A stretch of 63,432 nt of DNA, the filler included. It is 5 parts of 5 records of this genome, joined end to end, with 100 filler letters (N's around TTAATTAATTAA, not from the genome) between each part and the next. Parts side by side here need not be neighbours in the genome. Positions count along the whole stretch, not along the records: positions 1 to 19,847 come from SRR20825019_2272; 4 more parts are not named here. One strand, written 5' to 3'. Under the pieces are notes generated by a model. That model saw nothing but the letters and a program-made list of their open reading frames with translations. It was not told where the DNA came from and searched no databases. The position numbers were made by a program, and so were the translations under genes. This document shows, piece by piece, positions 1 to 10,036 of this stretch; position 1 is the stretch's first letter; each line of letters starts with the position of its first letter.

Positions 1-265
1 GAGGCTGACCGTCACAAAACGGTAAGCCATGCGTCAGACGTGGACGCGCCATGCGCCCGCAGACTCCCATTTTGCTCGGATTTGTGATAAGGTCTCTGAA
101 TTCGGTGAGGCAAAACGTCTCGCCTCGCCGCCGTTTCCGAGAAGGTTTCGGACCATACTGAGCGGTATCCGCAAAGACGGGCTGAGGCCTGCTTTTTAGC
201 GGTACCGGCGATTCCTTGCGCTTTACGCGTTTCACGTGGTCCTGACAAGTGAGAGAGACCAAATA

Positions 266-763
266 ATGACAAAAAAAGTGGAGTTCAAGGCTGGGGATTT
301 TGTGGTCTATCCGACGCATGGCGTCGGCAAGATCATTGGCACCGAGACGCAGCAGATCGCTGGTACTGAGCTCGATCTCCTGGTTATCACCTTCGAGCAG
401 GATCGCATGACGTTGCGTATCCCCGTCGGAAAAGCCAACGATTCCGGCCTGCGCCGTCTCAGCACGCGCAAACAGATGGATGTTGCGCTGACGAAGCTGA
501 AAGGCCGTGCACGTGTCCGGCGCACGATGTGGTCACGCCGTGCCCAGGAATACGAAGCGAAGATCAATTCCGGCGATCCGGTATCGATCGCCGAAGTGAT
601 CCGGGATCTGCGCCGTAACACCGGTCAGGCCGATCAGTCCTACAGCGAACGCCAGATGTATCAGGCGGCGCTTGATCGTCTTGCCCGTGAGTTTGCCGCA
701 ATTGAAAAAATCGACGAAGACGCGGCTACCGACCGGCTCGAAAAAATCATGGCGGCAGCCTGA
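266..763 (+). CDS. carD: CarD/CdnL family transcription factor
   Basis: FKAGDFVVYPTHGVGKI...LRIPV and MWSRRAQEYEAKINSG are typical of alphaproteobacterial CarD. ATG at 266 follows a GAGAGAG purine-rich tract. Confidence 0.93.
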   Translation: MTKKVEFKAGDFVVYPTHGVGKIIGTETQQIAGTELDLLVITFEQDRMTLRIPVGKANDSGLRRLSTRKQMDVALTKLKGRARVRRTMWSRRAQEYEAKINSGDPVSIAEVIRDLRRNTGQADQSYSERQMYQAALDRLAREFAAIEKIDEDAATDRLEKIMAAA

Positions 764-795
764 ACAGCTCCCGAAATATCATGATTATCTGATTG

Positions 796-827
796 CAGGC
801 GGCACTTCGGTGCCGCCTGTTTCATTT
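796..827 (+). terminator. Intrinsic terminator after carD
   Basis: Perfect 10-bp stem CAGGCGGCAC-TTCG-GTGCCGCCTG followed by TTTCATTT. Confidence 0.8.
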
Positions 828-906
828 CTCCCGGAGTGTCGGATTAACCACAAGCGTTGGCGATTGCCTATGGAATTGCTATCTGGGGTGTAGGAGCACA
901 TCAGCA

Positions 907-1758
907 ATGTCAGACGCGGCACAGAACGTGATCCACCAAACCGGCCTTTCACCCGAGACGGACAAGCGCTTCGCGGTGCTGCGCCGGTGCCGGAGGATCT
1001 GGGCCGTCGCCTCCATACATGGCGACGCTGAGCGGCTTGCAGCCCTGCATGACGGGCTGACCGATCGCTACGAGGCGGGTGACCGCTTTATCTATCTTGG
1101 AAATTATTACGGGCATGGCGAGGCCGTTCTGGAAACGGTGAACGAGCTGTTGCGTTTCCGGCGCATTCTGCTGGCGCAGCCGCCCTACACGCATCTCGAC
1201 GATATTGTGTATCTGCGCGGCCGCCAGGAAGAAATGTGGCGCAAGCTGCTGCAACTTCAGTTCGCCGGCGATTGTCAGGAGATCCTGGACTGGATGCTGG
1301 AGCGCGGTGCGGATGCGACCCTTGCCGCCTATGGCGGGCGTCCGGCGGATGCCCGCATGGCAATCATGGAGGGACTGCTCGCCGTCAGCAGGTGGACCGG
1401 GCAATTGCGTCAGGCCATCCGTGGCCACCCGGGGCATAACAGCTTCATGACAGGTTTCCGGCGGGCGGCCTATACCGATGAGGGCAAGCTGCTGTTTGTC
1501 AGCGGCGGACTCGATCCGTTGAAAGACCTGAGCGATCAGGAAGACGGCTTCTGGTGGAACAGCCAGGGGTTCACGGAAATTCCGTCATCGGGATATGGCT
1601 CTTTCAGCCGTGTGGTGCGCGGATACGACCCGAACCACGAGGGCATCGTTGATAAGGGTGCCACACTCAGCATCGATGGGGGCGCCGGTTTTGGCGGCGT
1701 GCTGAATGCGGTCTGCCTTGATGCGTCAGGGCATGTGGTCGATCAGATCAGCGCATAG
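907..1758 (+). CDS. Metallophosphoesterase-fold (PrpA/ApaH-like) protein with degenerate active-site motifs
   Basis: Motif spacing matches calcineurin-like phosphoesterases (ASIHG, YLGNYYGHG, LRGRQEEM, FVSGG, VVRGY, IDGGAGFGG), but metal ligands are substituted. ATG at 907 follows AGGAG. Confidence 0.75.
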   Translation: MSDAAQNVIHQTGLSPETDKRFAVLRRCRRIWAVASIHGDAERLAALHDGLTDRYEAGDRFIYLGNYYGHGEAVLETVNELLRFRRILLAQPPYTHLDDIVYLRGRQEEMWRKLLQLQFAGDCQEILDWMLERGADATLAAYGGRPADARMAIMEGLLAVSRWTGQLRQAIRGHPGHNSFMTGFRRAAYTDEGKLLFVSGGLDPLKDLSDQEDGFWWNSQGFTEIPSSGYGSFSRVVRGYDPNHEGIVDKGATLSIDGGAGFGGVLNAVCLDASGHVVDQISA

Positions 1759-1915
1759 GGCCGGGGCTCTGTCCGCCATGGACATCCATATCTGGTAAGC
1801 TCGCGGTGATGTGATCCGATAGGAGTCGCCAAGGGCGAGCCAAAATGATCCGATTTCCATGAGGGAGCGTATTCACTTGTGAGAGTGCTCACAGGTGCGG
1901 TCTGGAGGTGGAGCC

Positions 1916-2800
1916 ATGGCACATATCGACGATCCCGAAACGCGGCGCGCCAACGTCTCTTATATCAAGTCGAGCATGAACGAGCCGCTGCTTGAGCGGG
2001 ACGTGGAGTTCGAGCTTGCCAGGGCCTGGCGTGAAGAGCGCTGCGAGAAATCCCTGCATCTTCTGGTGCGGTCCTACACCAGGCTGGTGGTCAGCTCCGC
2101 AACGCGATACCGCAATTACGGCCTGCCCATTGGCGACCTGATACAGGAAGGCAATGTCGGCCTGATGCAGGCCGCCGCCCGGTTCGAGCCGGAGCGTGAG
2201 GTGCGTTTCTCCACCTATGCCAACTGGTGGATACGCTCCGCGATCCAGGATTACGTGCTGCGTAACTGGTCCATCGTGCGGACCGGGACCACGGCCGCCC
2301 AGAAATCACTGTTCTTCAACCTGCGGCGCCTGCGGGCAAAGATCCAGCAGGCATCCGAAATTCTCTCCCCGGAAGAGCAACGCAAACAGATTGCAGTCGA
2401 GCTTGGTGTCCCCCTCAAGGATGTCGAGGCCATGGAGCAGCGCATGTCCGGCGCCGACCAGTCGCTCAATTCCCCGATAGGGGAGAGCGGCGAGGATGAG
2501 TGGCTGGAGATGCTGTCGGATGAACGTCCGACTCCGGAGGCGATCGTGACTGGGATGCGGGACGCGGAAACCCGCTCAAAGTGGCTGAAGGATGCACTGT
2601 CGGAGCTGAGCCCGCGCGAGCAGACGATTATCGAGCGCCGCCGCCTCGTCGAGGATGGTGCAACGCTGGAAGAGCTCGGGACGGTTCTCGGGGTCAGCAA
2701 GGAGCGCGTGCGGCAGCTTGAGCATCGCGCGATGCTCAAGCTGAAGCAGCATATCAGCCGTAATGTGGACCGCAGCTCGGATCTTTATTCCGAAGTCTGA
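1916..2800 (+). CDS. rpoH: RNA polymerase sigma-32 family factor (RpoH2-like)
   Basis: DLIQEGNVGLMQAAARFEP, RpoH box QKSLFFNLR, region 4 TLEELG..LGVSKERVRQLE. GGAGG RBS upstream. Confidence 0.92.
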   Translation: MAHIDDPETRRANVSYIKSSMNEPLLERDVEFELARAWREERCEKSLHLLVRSYTRLVVSSATRYRNYGLPIGDLIQEGNVGLMQAAARFEPEREVRFSTYANWWIRSAIQDYVLRNWSIVRTGTTAAQKSLFFNLRRLRAKIQQASEILSPEEQRKQIAVELGVPLKDVEAMEQRMSGADQSLNSPIGESGEDEWLEMLSDERPTPEAIVTGMRDAETRSKWLKDALSELSPREQTIIERRRLVEDGATLEELGTVLGVSKERVRQLEHRAMLKLKQHISRNVDRSSDLYSEV

Positions 2801-2822
2801 TGCTCCAGCGGCGGGGCGCTCT

Positions 2823-4346
2823 CTAGCGCGGCCTGATTGTTTTTACGCGGGATCCGGAAGGCGCCTGCGCGCCGCCTTCAAGGCCATTCATGACCTTGAA
2901 ATAACGCACTTCGTATCCGGGGAACGGTATCGTCGATGCAAGCGATGCTTCCGACGTGCCGGCGTCCATGCGGACCACTTCAACCTGATAGGGCCGTATG
3001 CCCGCGCGTTCCTCGCTGGTCAGTGGGCGGAAGCTGTAGGTCGTCCTGCGCATATCTTCGTTGAGGCTGCCTGCCCGCTGTTGCGGGATCAGAAACTGCA
3101 TGCGGTAAAGACTGTTCGCATCATAGCGGACGGTCAGCAGCCGCAATGTGTATACGGTGCCGTCCTTTGCCGTGATGGCCAGCCAGCCGGTCGCCGCGTC
3201 CATGCCGTTGATGGCGATGCTTTCGAGATCCCGGACTGAATAGTCTTTCGCCCAGATATTCCGCAAATACGCAGCCGGTGCCTGTCCATCGGCCTTCGGG
3301 GCCTTGTCGAAAATAAACCGGCCGCCGCTCTGGTCCGCAGCCAGAACGCGGCTCTCTTCATTGATAAGCCGGAAGCCCGGCGGTACTTCGAAGCGGAAAT
3401 TGAGATCCTTGTGCAGGAAGACCCGGTCGCGGATCACCCCTTCCTTCGGATCGCTTCCGAAGAGGATGCCGTCAACCTGGTCCAGAAACGGGTCTTTTCC
3501 GATGAACGGATTGGCGACCGGCCGGACGCTGGCCGCTGCCTGTGCTTTTTGCACCCGGTCCACGGTGCGCGGGTGGGTCGCCATCAGGTCTACTGCGTCG
3601 GGATCATGATCTGCACCGGCAATTTCCGCCTGGAGGCGGCTGGCATTGCCGAGTTTCTGGAGGAAACTTGCCATGGCGCCCGTCTCATATCCGGCGCGGC
3701 TGAGATAGCGCACACCCAGCGTGTCCGCCTGAAACTCCTGTTCCCTGGAATAACCCTTCAGGTAGAGCTGCGATCCGAGATTGGCGAGATCGGAGACGGC
3801 CTGACTGTCCGTCAGTGCACCGAGGACGGCGGCGCCGAGCCCGATGGCCGTGCCCCGGCTGTAGCGCTCGGCGCTGTGCCGGGCCGTCACATGGCCAATC
3901 TCATGGGCGAGCACACCGGCCAGTTCCGCCTCGTTCTCTGCCAGGGCGATCAGGCCGCGTGTGACGTAAACATACCCGCCCGGCAGGGCGAAGGCGTTGA
4001 TATCCGGCGTGTTCAGCACGGTGAATTTGAAGTCGAGATTGGGCATCTCCGACGTTGCTGCGAGCTTCTTGCCGATTTGTGAGACGTAGGCCGCCAGCTC
4101 GGCATCGCTATAGGCGCCGCCAAATTCCTTTTTGATTTGCGGGTCCTGTTCCTGGCCGACCTGACGTTCCTGTTCCGGCGACATGAAAGCGGTGAAGCTT
4201 TGCTCTCCGGTGGCGGGGTTGGTGCTGCAGCCACCGAGGACTGGCAGGACAGTGACGATGGTAAGCACAAGGGCGGTATGCAGCGGCCTGATCGATATGG
4301 ACAAGAGTCTCTCCAGCGGTCGGATCACGGTTCCCGTGTTTGTCAT
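2823..4346 (-). CDS. M48 family zinc metalloprotease lipoprotein (BepA/YfgC-like) with C-terminal extension
   Basis: Lipobox-like LGGC, INAFALPGG, HEIGH zinc motif, YSREQEFQAD, THP. Confidence 0.9.
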   Translation of the reverse strand: MTNTGTVIRPLERLLSISIRPLHTALVLTIVTVLPVLGGCSTNPATGEQSFTAFMSPEQERQVGQEQDPQIKKEFGGAYSDAELAAYVSQIGKKLAATSEMPNLDFKFTVLNTPDINAFALPGGYVYVTRGLIALAENEAELAGVLAHEIGHVTARHSAERYSRGTAIGLGAAVLGALTDSQAVSDLANLGSQLYLKGYSREQEFQADTLGVRYLSRAGYETGAMASFLQKLGNASRLQAEIAGADHDPDAVDLMATHPRTVDRVQKAQAAASVRPVANPFIGKDPFLDQVDGILFGSDPKEGVIRDRVFLHKDLNFRFEVPPGFRLINEESRVLAADQSGGRFIFDKAPKADGQAPAAYLRNIWAKDYSVRDLESIAINGMDAATGWLAITAKDGTVYTLRLLTVRYDANSLYRMQFLIPQQRAGSLNEDMRRTTYSFRPLTSEERAGIRPYQVEVVRMDAGTSEASLASTIPFPGYEVRYFKVMNGLEGGAQAPSGSRVKTIRPR

Positions 4347-4348
4347 GT

Positions 4349-5164
4349 TTACTGAACGTCCAGAACTTCAAGTTGTTCCGGATGGGTTATCTCGATCAAG
4401 GGGCCATTTTGAGCCTTGACCCAGCCGCGTCCGCGCACGGCCCGGCCCGTAAAGGATAGAGGATCTATACCGGCGCGTTCAAACAGCCGGAGGGCACGAT
4501 GGTCGATCCTGAAGGTGAAGTCGGTCCGCCAGTCCGGCCCGAAATTGAGATAGACGACATTTCGAACCCGCGCCGCGTCGACCACCCGTCCCTCGACAAG
4601 CTGGAAGCTGTTGATGTCGTCCCAGGTCTCGGCTGGGTTTCGGATACGGTAATAGGGCAGGGCCCAGATACCGCGCCGGTCGCGGCGGGCAATTCGTTCG
4701 AGGGCGAGCATTTCACCGATCAGTTTGCGGTTGTCCTTGAAACTGTAGACACGCGCCATGCCGGCCGCGAGCAAGGCTCCCTGGATCCATGTGCCGTCGG
4801 GCAAGGTGAGATGGGCCAGATAGCGCCTGTACCGGTCCTCCCGCCGCCCGCCGAAATGGAGGGAGACAGCTTTTCCGTCCGACAGCATCTGCAAGGCGGT
4901 TCTGGATTCCTCCGCCAGCGGCCATGTCTTGAACCCCGCCCGGCCCAGTGGAAGTTTTGGAGCTTGTATGCCAACGAGCCGCACTTCCTTGCCTGACGCC
5001 AGCAGCACTGTGTCGCCGTCGACAATCTCCGTCACGGGTTGTGCCTTGATCGTTGCGGCCGGTGCACCCGGCGGCCATTCAATGGCCTGGGCAGCTCCCA
5101 TGCCGGACAGCAGAAGGCTGCCCGTCAGAAGGAGGGACCGTAATGTCTTGAAGGAAAAATCCAT
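4349..5164 (-). CDS. Thermonuclease (SNase) family exported protein with C-terminal OB-like domain
   Basis: Signal peptide; VDGDT, VRLVGIQAP, DRYRRYLA, GMARVY, RRGIW motifs. Confidence 0.88.
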   Translation of the reverse strand: MDFSFKTLRSLLLTGSLLLSGMGAAQAIEWPPGAPAATIKAQPVTEIVDGDTVLLASGKEVRLVGIQAPKLPLGRAGFKTWPLAEESRTALQMLSDGKAVSLHFGGRREDRYRRYLAHLTLPDGTWIQGALLAAGMARVYSFKDNRKLIGEMLALERIARRDRRGIWALPYYRIRNPAETWDDINSFQLVEGRVVDAARVRNVVYLNFGPDWRTDFTFRIDHRALRLFERAGIDPLSFTGRAVRGRGWVKAQNGPLIEITHPEQLEVLDVQ

Positions 5165-5371
5165 GCGCTATCCGATCATGCCCGGCGCGCGGTCTCAAGA
5201 GCGGGGGCTTGTCCGGATGGATAATCGATTCCTGGCGGAGAAGCGACCCGGTCATTGGATGCCCGCCCACCGCCCATCGGCCCATCAGACGTGACGCGGC
5301 CGGGGGCGCGGGGTAAGGATGGTCGGGTGAGAATGATTGAGTATTCTTTAGGATAACGTGCAGGAGTTGAT

Positions 5372-6322
5372 GTGTCGGACAGAGTTCTTTTCCCACGGAC
5401 GGATCCGCGTCTCAGCGGTTACCTGGATGTAGGCGAGCCGCACCGGCTTTATTGGGAGCAGATTGGCAATCCCGATGGCATACCTGTTGTCTTCCTGCAT
5501 GGCGGGCCGGGCTCCGGAATTTCCGACGCGCACCGCAGGTTTTTCGATCCCGATCATTTCAATGTTCTGTTGTTCGATCAAAGGGGAACGGGGCGCTCGG
5601 CGCCCGTTGCGGAACTGTCGGGTAATACAACGCAGGATCTGATCTCCGATATCGAACGTTTCCGGGAGATGCTGGGGATTGAGCGCTGGATCGTTTTTGG
5701 CGGGTCCTGGGGCAGCACCCTGGCCCTGGCCTATGGAGAGGCGCATCCGGAGCGATGTCTCGGCTTTGTCTTGCGCGGAATCTTTCTCGGCACGGATGCC
5801 GAGCTCGACTGGTTCATGCACGGGATGGGGCATTTCTTTCCGGAAGCCGCGCAGCGTTTCGAGCAGTTCTTGCCGGAGGACGAACGCGACAACCTGCTGA
5901 TCAACTATTACCGCCGCCTGATCGATCCTGACCCGGCCGTTCACTTGCCGGCAGCGGAAGTCTGGGCGCGTTATGAGGCGGCCTGTTCGACCTTGCTGCC
6001 GCTGCCCTCCGTCGGGCAGGAAGACCCGTCGCGCGCGCTGACGCTTGCCCGGCTGGAAGCACATTATTTCGTGAACCGGGTGTTCCTTGAGCCGGGGCAA
6101 TTGCTGGATCGCCTTGAGCGTATCGTGCATTTGCCGGCCATTATCATTCAGGGGCGGTATGACGTGATCTGTCCGATGAAGACGGCGCTGGCCCTCGTTT
6201 CGGCCTGGCCGGGGGCGGATTTTGACGTGATATCGGATGCCGGACATTCAGCCATGGAGCCCGGCATTGCCAGAGGACTCGTCGCGGCAATGGAACGTCT
6301 GAGGACGCGTATCGACGCTTGA
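5372..6322 (+). CDS. pip: Prolyl aminopeptidase (proline iminopeptidase)
   Basis: HGGPG, FDQRG, GGSWG nucleophile, GRYD, AGHS catalytic motifs. Confidence 0.93.
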   Translation: MSDRVLFPRTDPRLSGYLDVGEPHRLYWEQIGNPDGIPVVFLHGGPGSGISDAHRRFFDPDHFNVLLFDQRGTGRSAPVAELSGNTTQDLISDIERFREMLGIERWIVFGGSWGSTLALAYGEAHPERCLGFVLRGIFLGTDAELDWFMHGMGHFFPEAAQRFEQFLPEDERDNLLINYYRRLIDPDPAVHLPAAEVWARYEAACSTLLPLPSVGQEDPSRALTLARLEAHYFVNRVFLEPGQLLDRLERIVHLPAIIIQGRYDVICPMKTALALVSAWPGADFDVISDAGHSAMEPGIARGLVAAMERLRTRIDA

Positions 6323-6372
6323 TGCATGCGCCGGTCTGGCTATCATACGCACATCCAAGTGGGGGGATTACG

Positions 6373-6885
6373 GTGCGTAAATATCTGAGCGTCGCCATTC
6401 TGGCGATTACTGCTTTGGTTTCTATGGAAAAAACCGTCCTGGCCGAAGAACCGGCTTTCCTGTCCGTCGGTGCCGGTGTCTACGATGTGAATGATAGCGA
6501 GACGACCGCGGAGGGCCGTGTCGAATACCGGTTTTCCGAAGCCAACAAGATTTGGCATTTCTCGCCGTTTATCGGACTTATGGCGAATGCCGAGGGCGCG
6601 ACCTATGGCTATGGCGGGCTCGGTCTCGACATTTTCTTCGGTAAACGCTGGGTCCTGACGCCGAACTTTGCGGTTGGCCTGTATGGCAACGGAGACAGCA
6701 AGGATCTTGGCCATGCTGTCGAATTCCGTTCCGGCGTGGAGCTGGCCTACCGGTTCGATGACCGTTCCCGGCTTGGCCTGACCTTTCACCATATATCGAA
6801 CGCGGGGATGGACGACCAGAATCCGGGAACGGAATCGGTGCTTTTGGTCTACTCGATGCCCTTCGATAAACTGTTCAGCAATTAG
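6373..6885 (+). CDS. PagL-like acyloxyacyl hydrolase / lipid A deacylase family outer-membrane protein
   Basis: Signal peptide, beta-barrel pattern, EFRSGVELAYRF and HHISNAG...NPG motif. GTG start assumed. Confidence 0.8.
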   Translation: MRKYLSVAILAITALVSMEKTVLAEEPAFLSVGAGVYDVNDSETTAEGRVEYRFSEANKIWHFSPFIGLMANAEGATYGYGGLGLDIFFGKRWVLTPNFAVGLYGNGDSKDLGHAVEFRSGVELAYRFDDRSRLGLTFHHISNAGMDDQNPGTESVLLVYSMPFDKLFSN

Positions 6886-6900
6886 TCTGGCGCGGCCTGG

Positions 6901-7338
6901 TCAGGGCTCGATGCCCTCTGCGCGGCACCATGCCTTGAAGTTTTCCATGCCGGTCTCGTCATTCGCATAGAGAACCTGATCGCGGTATTCGAGATCGGAA
7001 GCGTAATCCACCTCTCCGACAGGCTTGTTGGTTGCCGGATCAAGCTCGTTCCGGATCAGGATGTCGGCCCGAAAACTGACTTCCCAGCCGTCCGCGCCGG
7101 GCTTGATGAATGAGCCCCGCCGGATCTCGTGAATGACGGTCTGCAGCTGGTCGATCTTGGTTTCCTGTTTGACCATTTCCTCGAATGCCGGATCGAAGAA
7201 CAGGGCCTGATAGCCCATCAGCGCGATGGAAAACTGATAGCCGTCTGTCTGGCGCGCATGGACAAGCTGACCGATAGCGTCAATGAAGTGCGGGTCGGTA
7301 AGTCTCGGATAGTCTGCGCTGGTCCAACTAATTCCCAT
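6901..7338 (-). CDS. Hypothetical protein
   Basis: 145-aa ORF with normal codon usage and GGACGGA upstream; no recognised motif. Confidence 0.7.
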   Translation of the reverse strand: MGISWTSADYPRLTDPHFIDAIGQLVHARQTDGYQFSIALMGYQALFFDPAFEEMVKQETKIDQLQTVIHEIRRGSFIKPGADGWEVSFRADILIRNELDPATNKPVGEVDYASDLEYRDQVLYANDETGMENFKAWCRAEGIEP

Positions 7339-7514
7339 TATCGTCCGTCCGAATGCTGTTTGCGGCGATCATTTGCGTAACCCGGTATACCCTGTCCCGA
7401 GCATAATGAGAACGCAGCAAGAAGCATGCCGCTCGCTTCTGGCGCTTTGCAGAAATTTCTGATAGTATCAATTAGATTGTATTTGCGACAAAAGCGTTGC
7501 GGTTAGGGGGCAAA

Positions 7515-7718
7515 ATGCGTCCATGCACCAGATTTCTTGGCCTTTTGATCATTCTTGCCGGTCTTTCAGGCTGTACTGCCGCGGTTGTTGGCGGCGCGAC
7601 ATGGGTTGGCACGGAAGCTTATGCCGATAAGAACCCGTTCGAGTATATGGCTGGTTTTTTTGAGCGCGATTGCGCGAATTTAACACTCTATGATCAGCCG
7701 CCACGCTGCCGCCGTTAA
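7515..7718 (+). CDS. Small putative lipoprotein
   Basis: Hydrophobic N-terminus with lipobox LSGC; AGGGGG RBS. Confidence 0.65.
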   Translation: MRPCTRFLGLLIILAGLSGCTAAVVGGATWVGTEAYADKNPFEYMAGFFERDCANLTLYDQPPRCRR

Positions 7719-7775
7719 TATTCCCGCCTTTTACCTCCGGGTTTTAGCCGCTATCCTGCCGTCAAAATTCGGAGG

Positions 7776-8528
7776 ATGGCTCTCGTGGCTTCGGCAAATA
7801 AAACAGCATTCATCAGTGGCTCGGCGCGGAATATCGGGCGGGCCATAGCGCTCCGTCTGGCTCGGGACGGGTGCAATATCATTGTGAATGGAAGCCGTGA
7901 CCGCGACGCTTGTGAGCGCGTGGCGGCCGAAGCCCGTGAGGCCGGTGTCGATGCCATGGTCGTCATGGGAAATGTCGGCAGCAGCGCCGATGTGCGCAGG
8001 ATGTCCGGGGAGGCGCTTGAGCGGTTCGGGAGAGTCGACATCCTCGTCAACAATGCGGCGATCCGCCCCCAGAAGAAGCTCCTGGAGATGTCGGATGACG
8101 ATTGGGACCAGGTCATTTCCGTGGACCTGAACGGCGCCTTTTACCTCTCCCGTGCGTTTTTGCCGGGAATGGTGGAGGCCGGCTGGGGCCGTATCGTGAA
8201 CATGGCGGGAATGAACGCTATTCATGGATATGCCGGCCGCGCTCCGGTCTCTGCCGCCAAGCACGGGGTCTGGGGATTGACGAAGGCGCTGGGCAAGGAG
8301 TTCGCCCCGGCCGGGATTACCACGAATGTCATTTCACCGGGTCCCATCAGGCCCGAGGAAACCGATACGGAGCACGCGGAGCATATCCGCTCCCAGTTGT
8401 CGCGCATACCGGTGGGACGCCTGGGGGAGGCAAGCGATATCGCTGCCATGGTCTCCTTGTTGTGCAGTGACGAGGGTGGTTTCGTCTGCAGTCAGATGAT
8501 TGCCGTCAACGGGGGCACCGAAACCTAG
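7776..8528 (+). CDS. SDR family oxidoreductase (FabG-like)
   Basis: SGSARNIG Rossmann motif, VNNAA, NVISPG. The YxxxK motif appears as VSAAK (Tyr absent). Confidence 0.88.
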   Translation: MALVASANKTAFISGSARNIGRAIALRLARDGCNIIVNGSRDRDACERVAAEAREAGVDAMVVMGNVGSSADVRRMSGEALERFGRVDILVNNAAIRPQKKLLEMSDDDWDQVISVDLNGAFYLSRAFLPGMVEAGWGRIVNMAGMNAIHGYAGRAPVSAAKHGVWGLTKALGKEFAPAGITTNVISPGPIRPEETDTEHAEHIRSQLSRIPVGRLGEASDIAAMVSLLCSDEGGFVCSQMIAVNGGTET

Positions 8529-8828
8529 GCCCTTCTGAAAATAGTTGAGTAAGGGCATGTGCGTCGAAGGGAAATAAAGGTTCTTCGTATTTATGAATAA
8601 ACTCTAAACGAATCCTCGCCTGATTCGCATTCAAGTCGTGTATAATTACATACAGGCGGATGCTACTTCGTGATGATGGAACTTAGAACTGTGATCCGCT
8701 GTTTAACTTGGAAACTTGCAGTTGAAGCTGCAAGACCATTATTTGCAGCCGGCAGAACGCCGTGCGCTTGTGATCGGCGGCGCTAGAAAATTGGCAATGC
8801 CGTCGGATTCAAGGCGGGGTTATCAATT

Positions 8829-9557
8829 ATGGATTACTCATCTTCAGCTCTAGTGCCGCGTTGTCGGCGTGTGTTCTCGAGTTACCTTGAAAGCTTCGGG
8901 TATACTCTTGAAAGCGGTACGGACATGGAATTCTGGTGTGATGAAATCCGCCGGCACTCCGAATTCGTGAATCCGCAATTCATGCCGGAAAACCTCGATC
9001 AGTCAGCAAGCCGCTATGTCAGCATCCGGAAAGACACAGGAGAGCTTGCCTGCACGATTGCTTTCCGTTTCTTCGAGACAGACGACTTTCTGGATGATTT
9101 CGAGGAAGGCCGCTTTTTCTACGACCGTCCGGAAGAGCATGACTGGCGGCATCACCAGTCTGGTCTGCGCGGCAAGGTCGATCTGAGCGGGAACATCTGC
9201 TCGCGCGGTGGACTCCACAGCTACGACCGCGGCAATAGCATCAGCTGGTATATCACGACGGTGGCCTATACCTATGCGATCGAGGCCGGTGCCTCGGCGA
9301 CTGTCGGTAACACGCTGCCGAAGATCACGGCAGCCCAGCTTGCCCCCCGCCTTTATGGATATCGTCACTCGCTCATGGCGGAGCCGCATGCTTTCCCGTT
9401 CGCCGAGGGAGAGGTGCCGCTTGCTCTGGTCTGGATCACTGGAGATGAAATGCGGGAAGAGGTGCGGATGCGCACTCAATTCCTTGAATCGGCTCCGGGG
9501 CACAGCATGCGCACCACGGTCGACAGCTTCAACGGCGTTCTGATGGCCGCCGAATAA
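8829..9557 (+). CDS. Hypothetical protein, possibly GNAT/acyl-synthase-like fold
   Basis: 242-aa ORF. Recalled pattern (GYTLE.G.D, P.F.P, D.GE....A.R, RG, YGY, LVWI) of an uncharacterised alphaproteobacterial family. Confidence 0.6.
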   Translation: MDYSSSALVPRCRRVFSSYLESFGYTLESGTDMEFWCDEIRRHSEFVNPQFMPENLDQSASRYVSIRKDTGELACTIAFRFFETDDFLDDFEEGRFFYDRPEEHDWRHHQSGLRGKVDLSGNICSRGGLHSYDRGNSISWYITTVAYTYAIEAGASATVGNTLPKITAAQLAPRLYGYRHSLMAEPHAFPFAEGEVPLALVWITGDEMREEVRMRTQFLESAPGHSMRTTVDSFNGVLMAAE

Positions 9558-9580
9558 TTCCGGATTACCCCGCAGGTCTA

Positions 9581-9614
9581 CCTTTCCGCCGCTTTTTCTG
9601 AAGCGCCGGAAAGG
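9581..9614. terminator. Stem-loop between convergent genes
   Basis: CCTTTCCG.CGCTT ... AAGCG.CGGAAAGG inverted repeat, overlapping a 13-bp direct repeat GGAAAGGGATGGC (9608-9620 and 9622-9634). Confidence 0.5.
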
Positions 9615-9653
9615 GATGGCTGGAAAGGGATGGCCAGAAGGAAGGGAAGCGGG

Positions 9654-9962
9654 TTAATGAGGAAGCGGTTTGAGCCGCTGGACGTTATGACCTGGGGCCG
9701 GGGGCTTTCTGTAGTCGGGAGAAAGCCGGGCCCGGATTGAATTCAGGCGCTTTTCAAGCAGGACCCGCCGTCCCTGTTCTTCCTGTGCCAGATAGCCGGC
9801 GGAATCTTCCATGATCACAGTCAGACGCATGACCATGTTCTGCACCAGATCCTGATCGGCTCCGAATTTTTCCGGCCGCTCTTCGATGAGCGTTTCGGTC
9901 GCCTTGATCAGGCGTTCGACCGTGCCGAAAAAATTCCAGTTCGGTGGGGCTTCATAATCCAT
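9654..9962 (-). CDS. Hypothetical protein
   Basis: 102-aa helical ORF with GGGTGA upstream. Confidence 0.6.
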   Translation of the reverse strand: MDYEAPPNWNFFGTVERLIKATETLIEERPEKFGADQDLVQNMVMRLTVIMEDSAGYLAQEEQGRRVLLEKRLNSIRARLSPDYRKPPAPGHNVQRLKPLPH

Positions 9963-10036
9963 TGCGGTGTCACCCGTGCCAGTGATGTGAGTACCATAGC
10001 GTGTTCCGGGCGGTGTCGCAACATTATATGCCTCAG

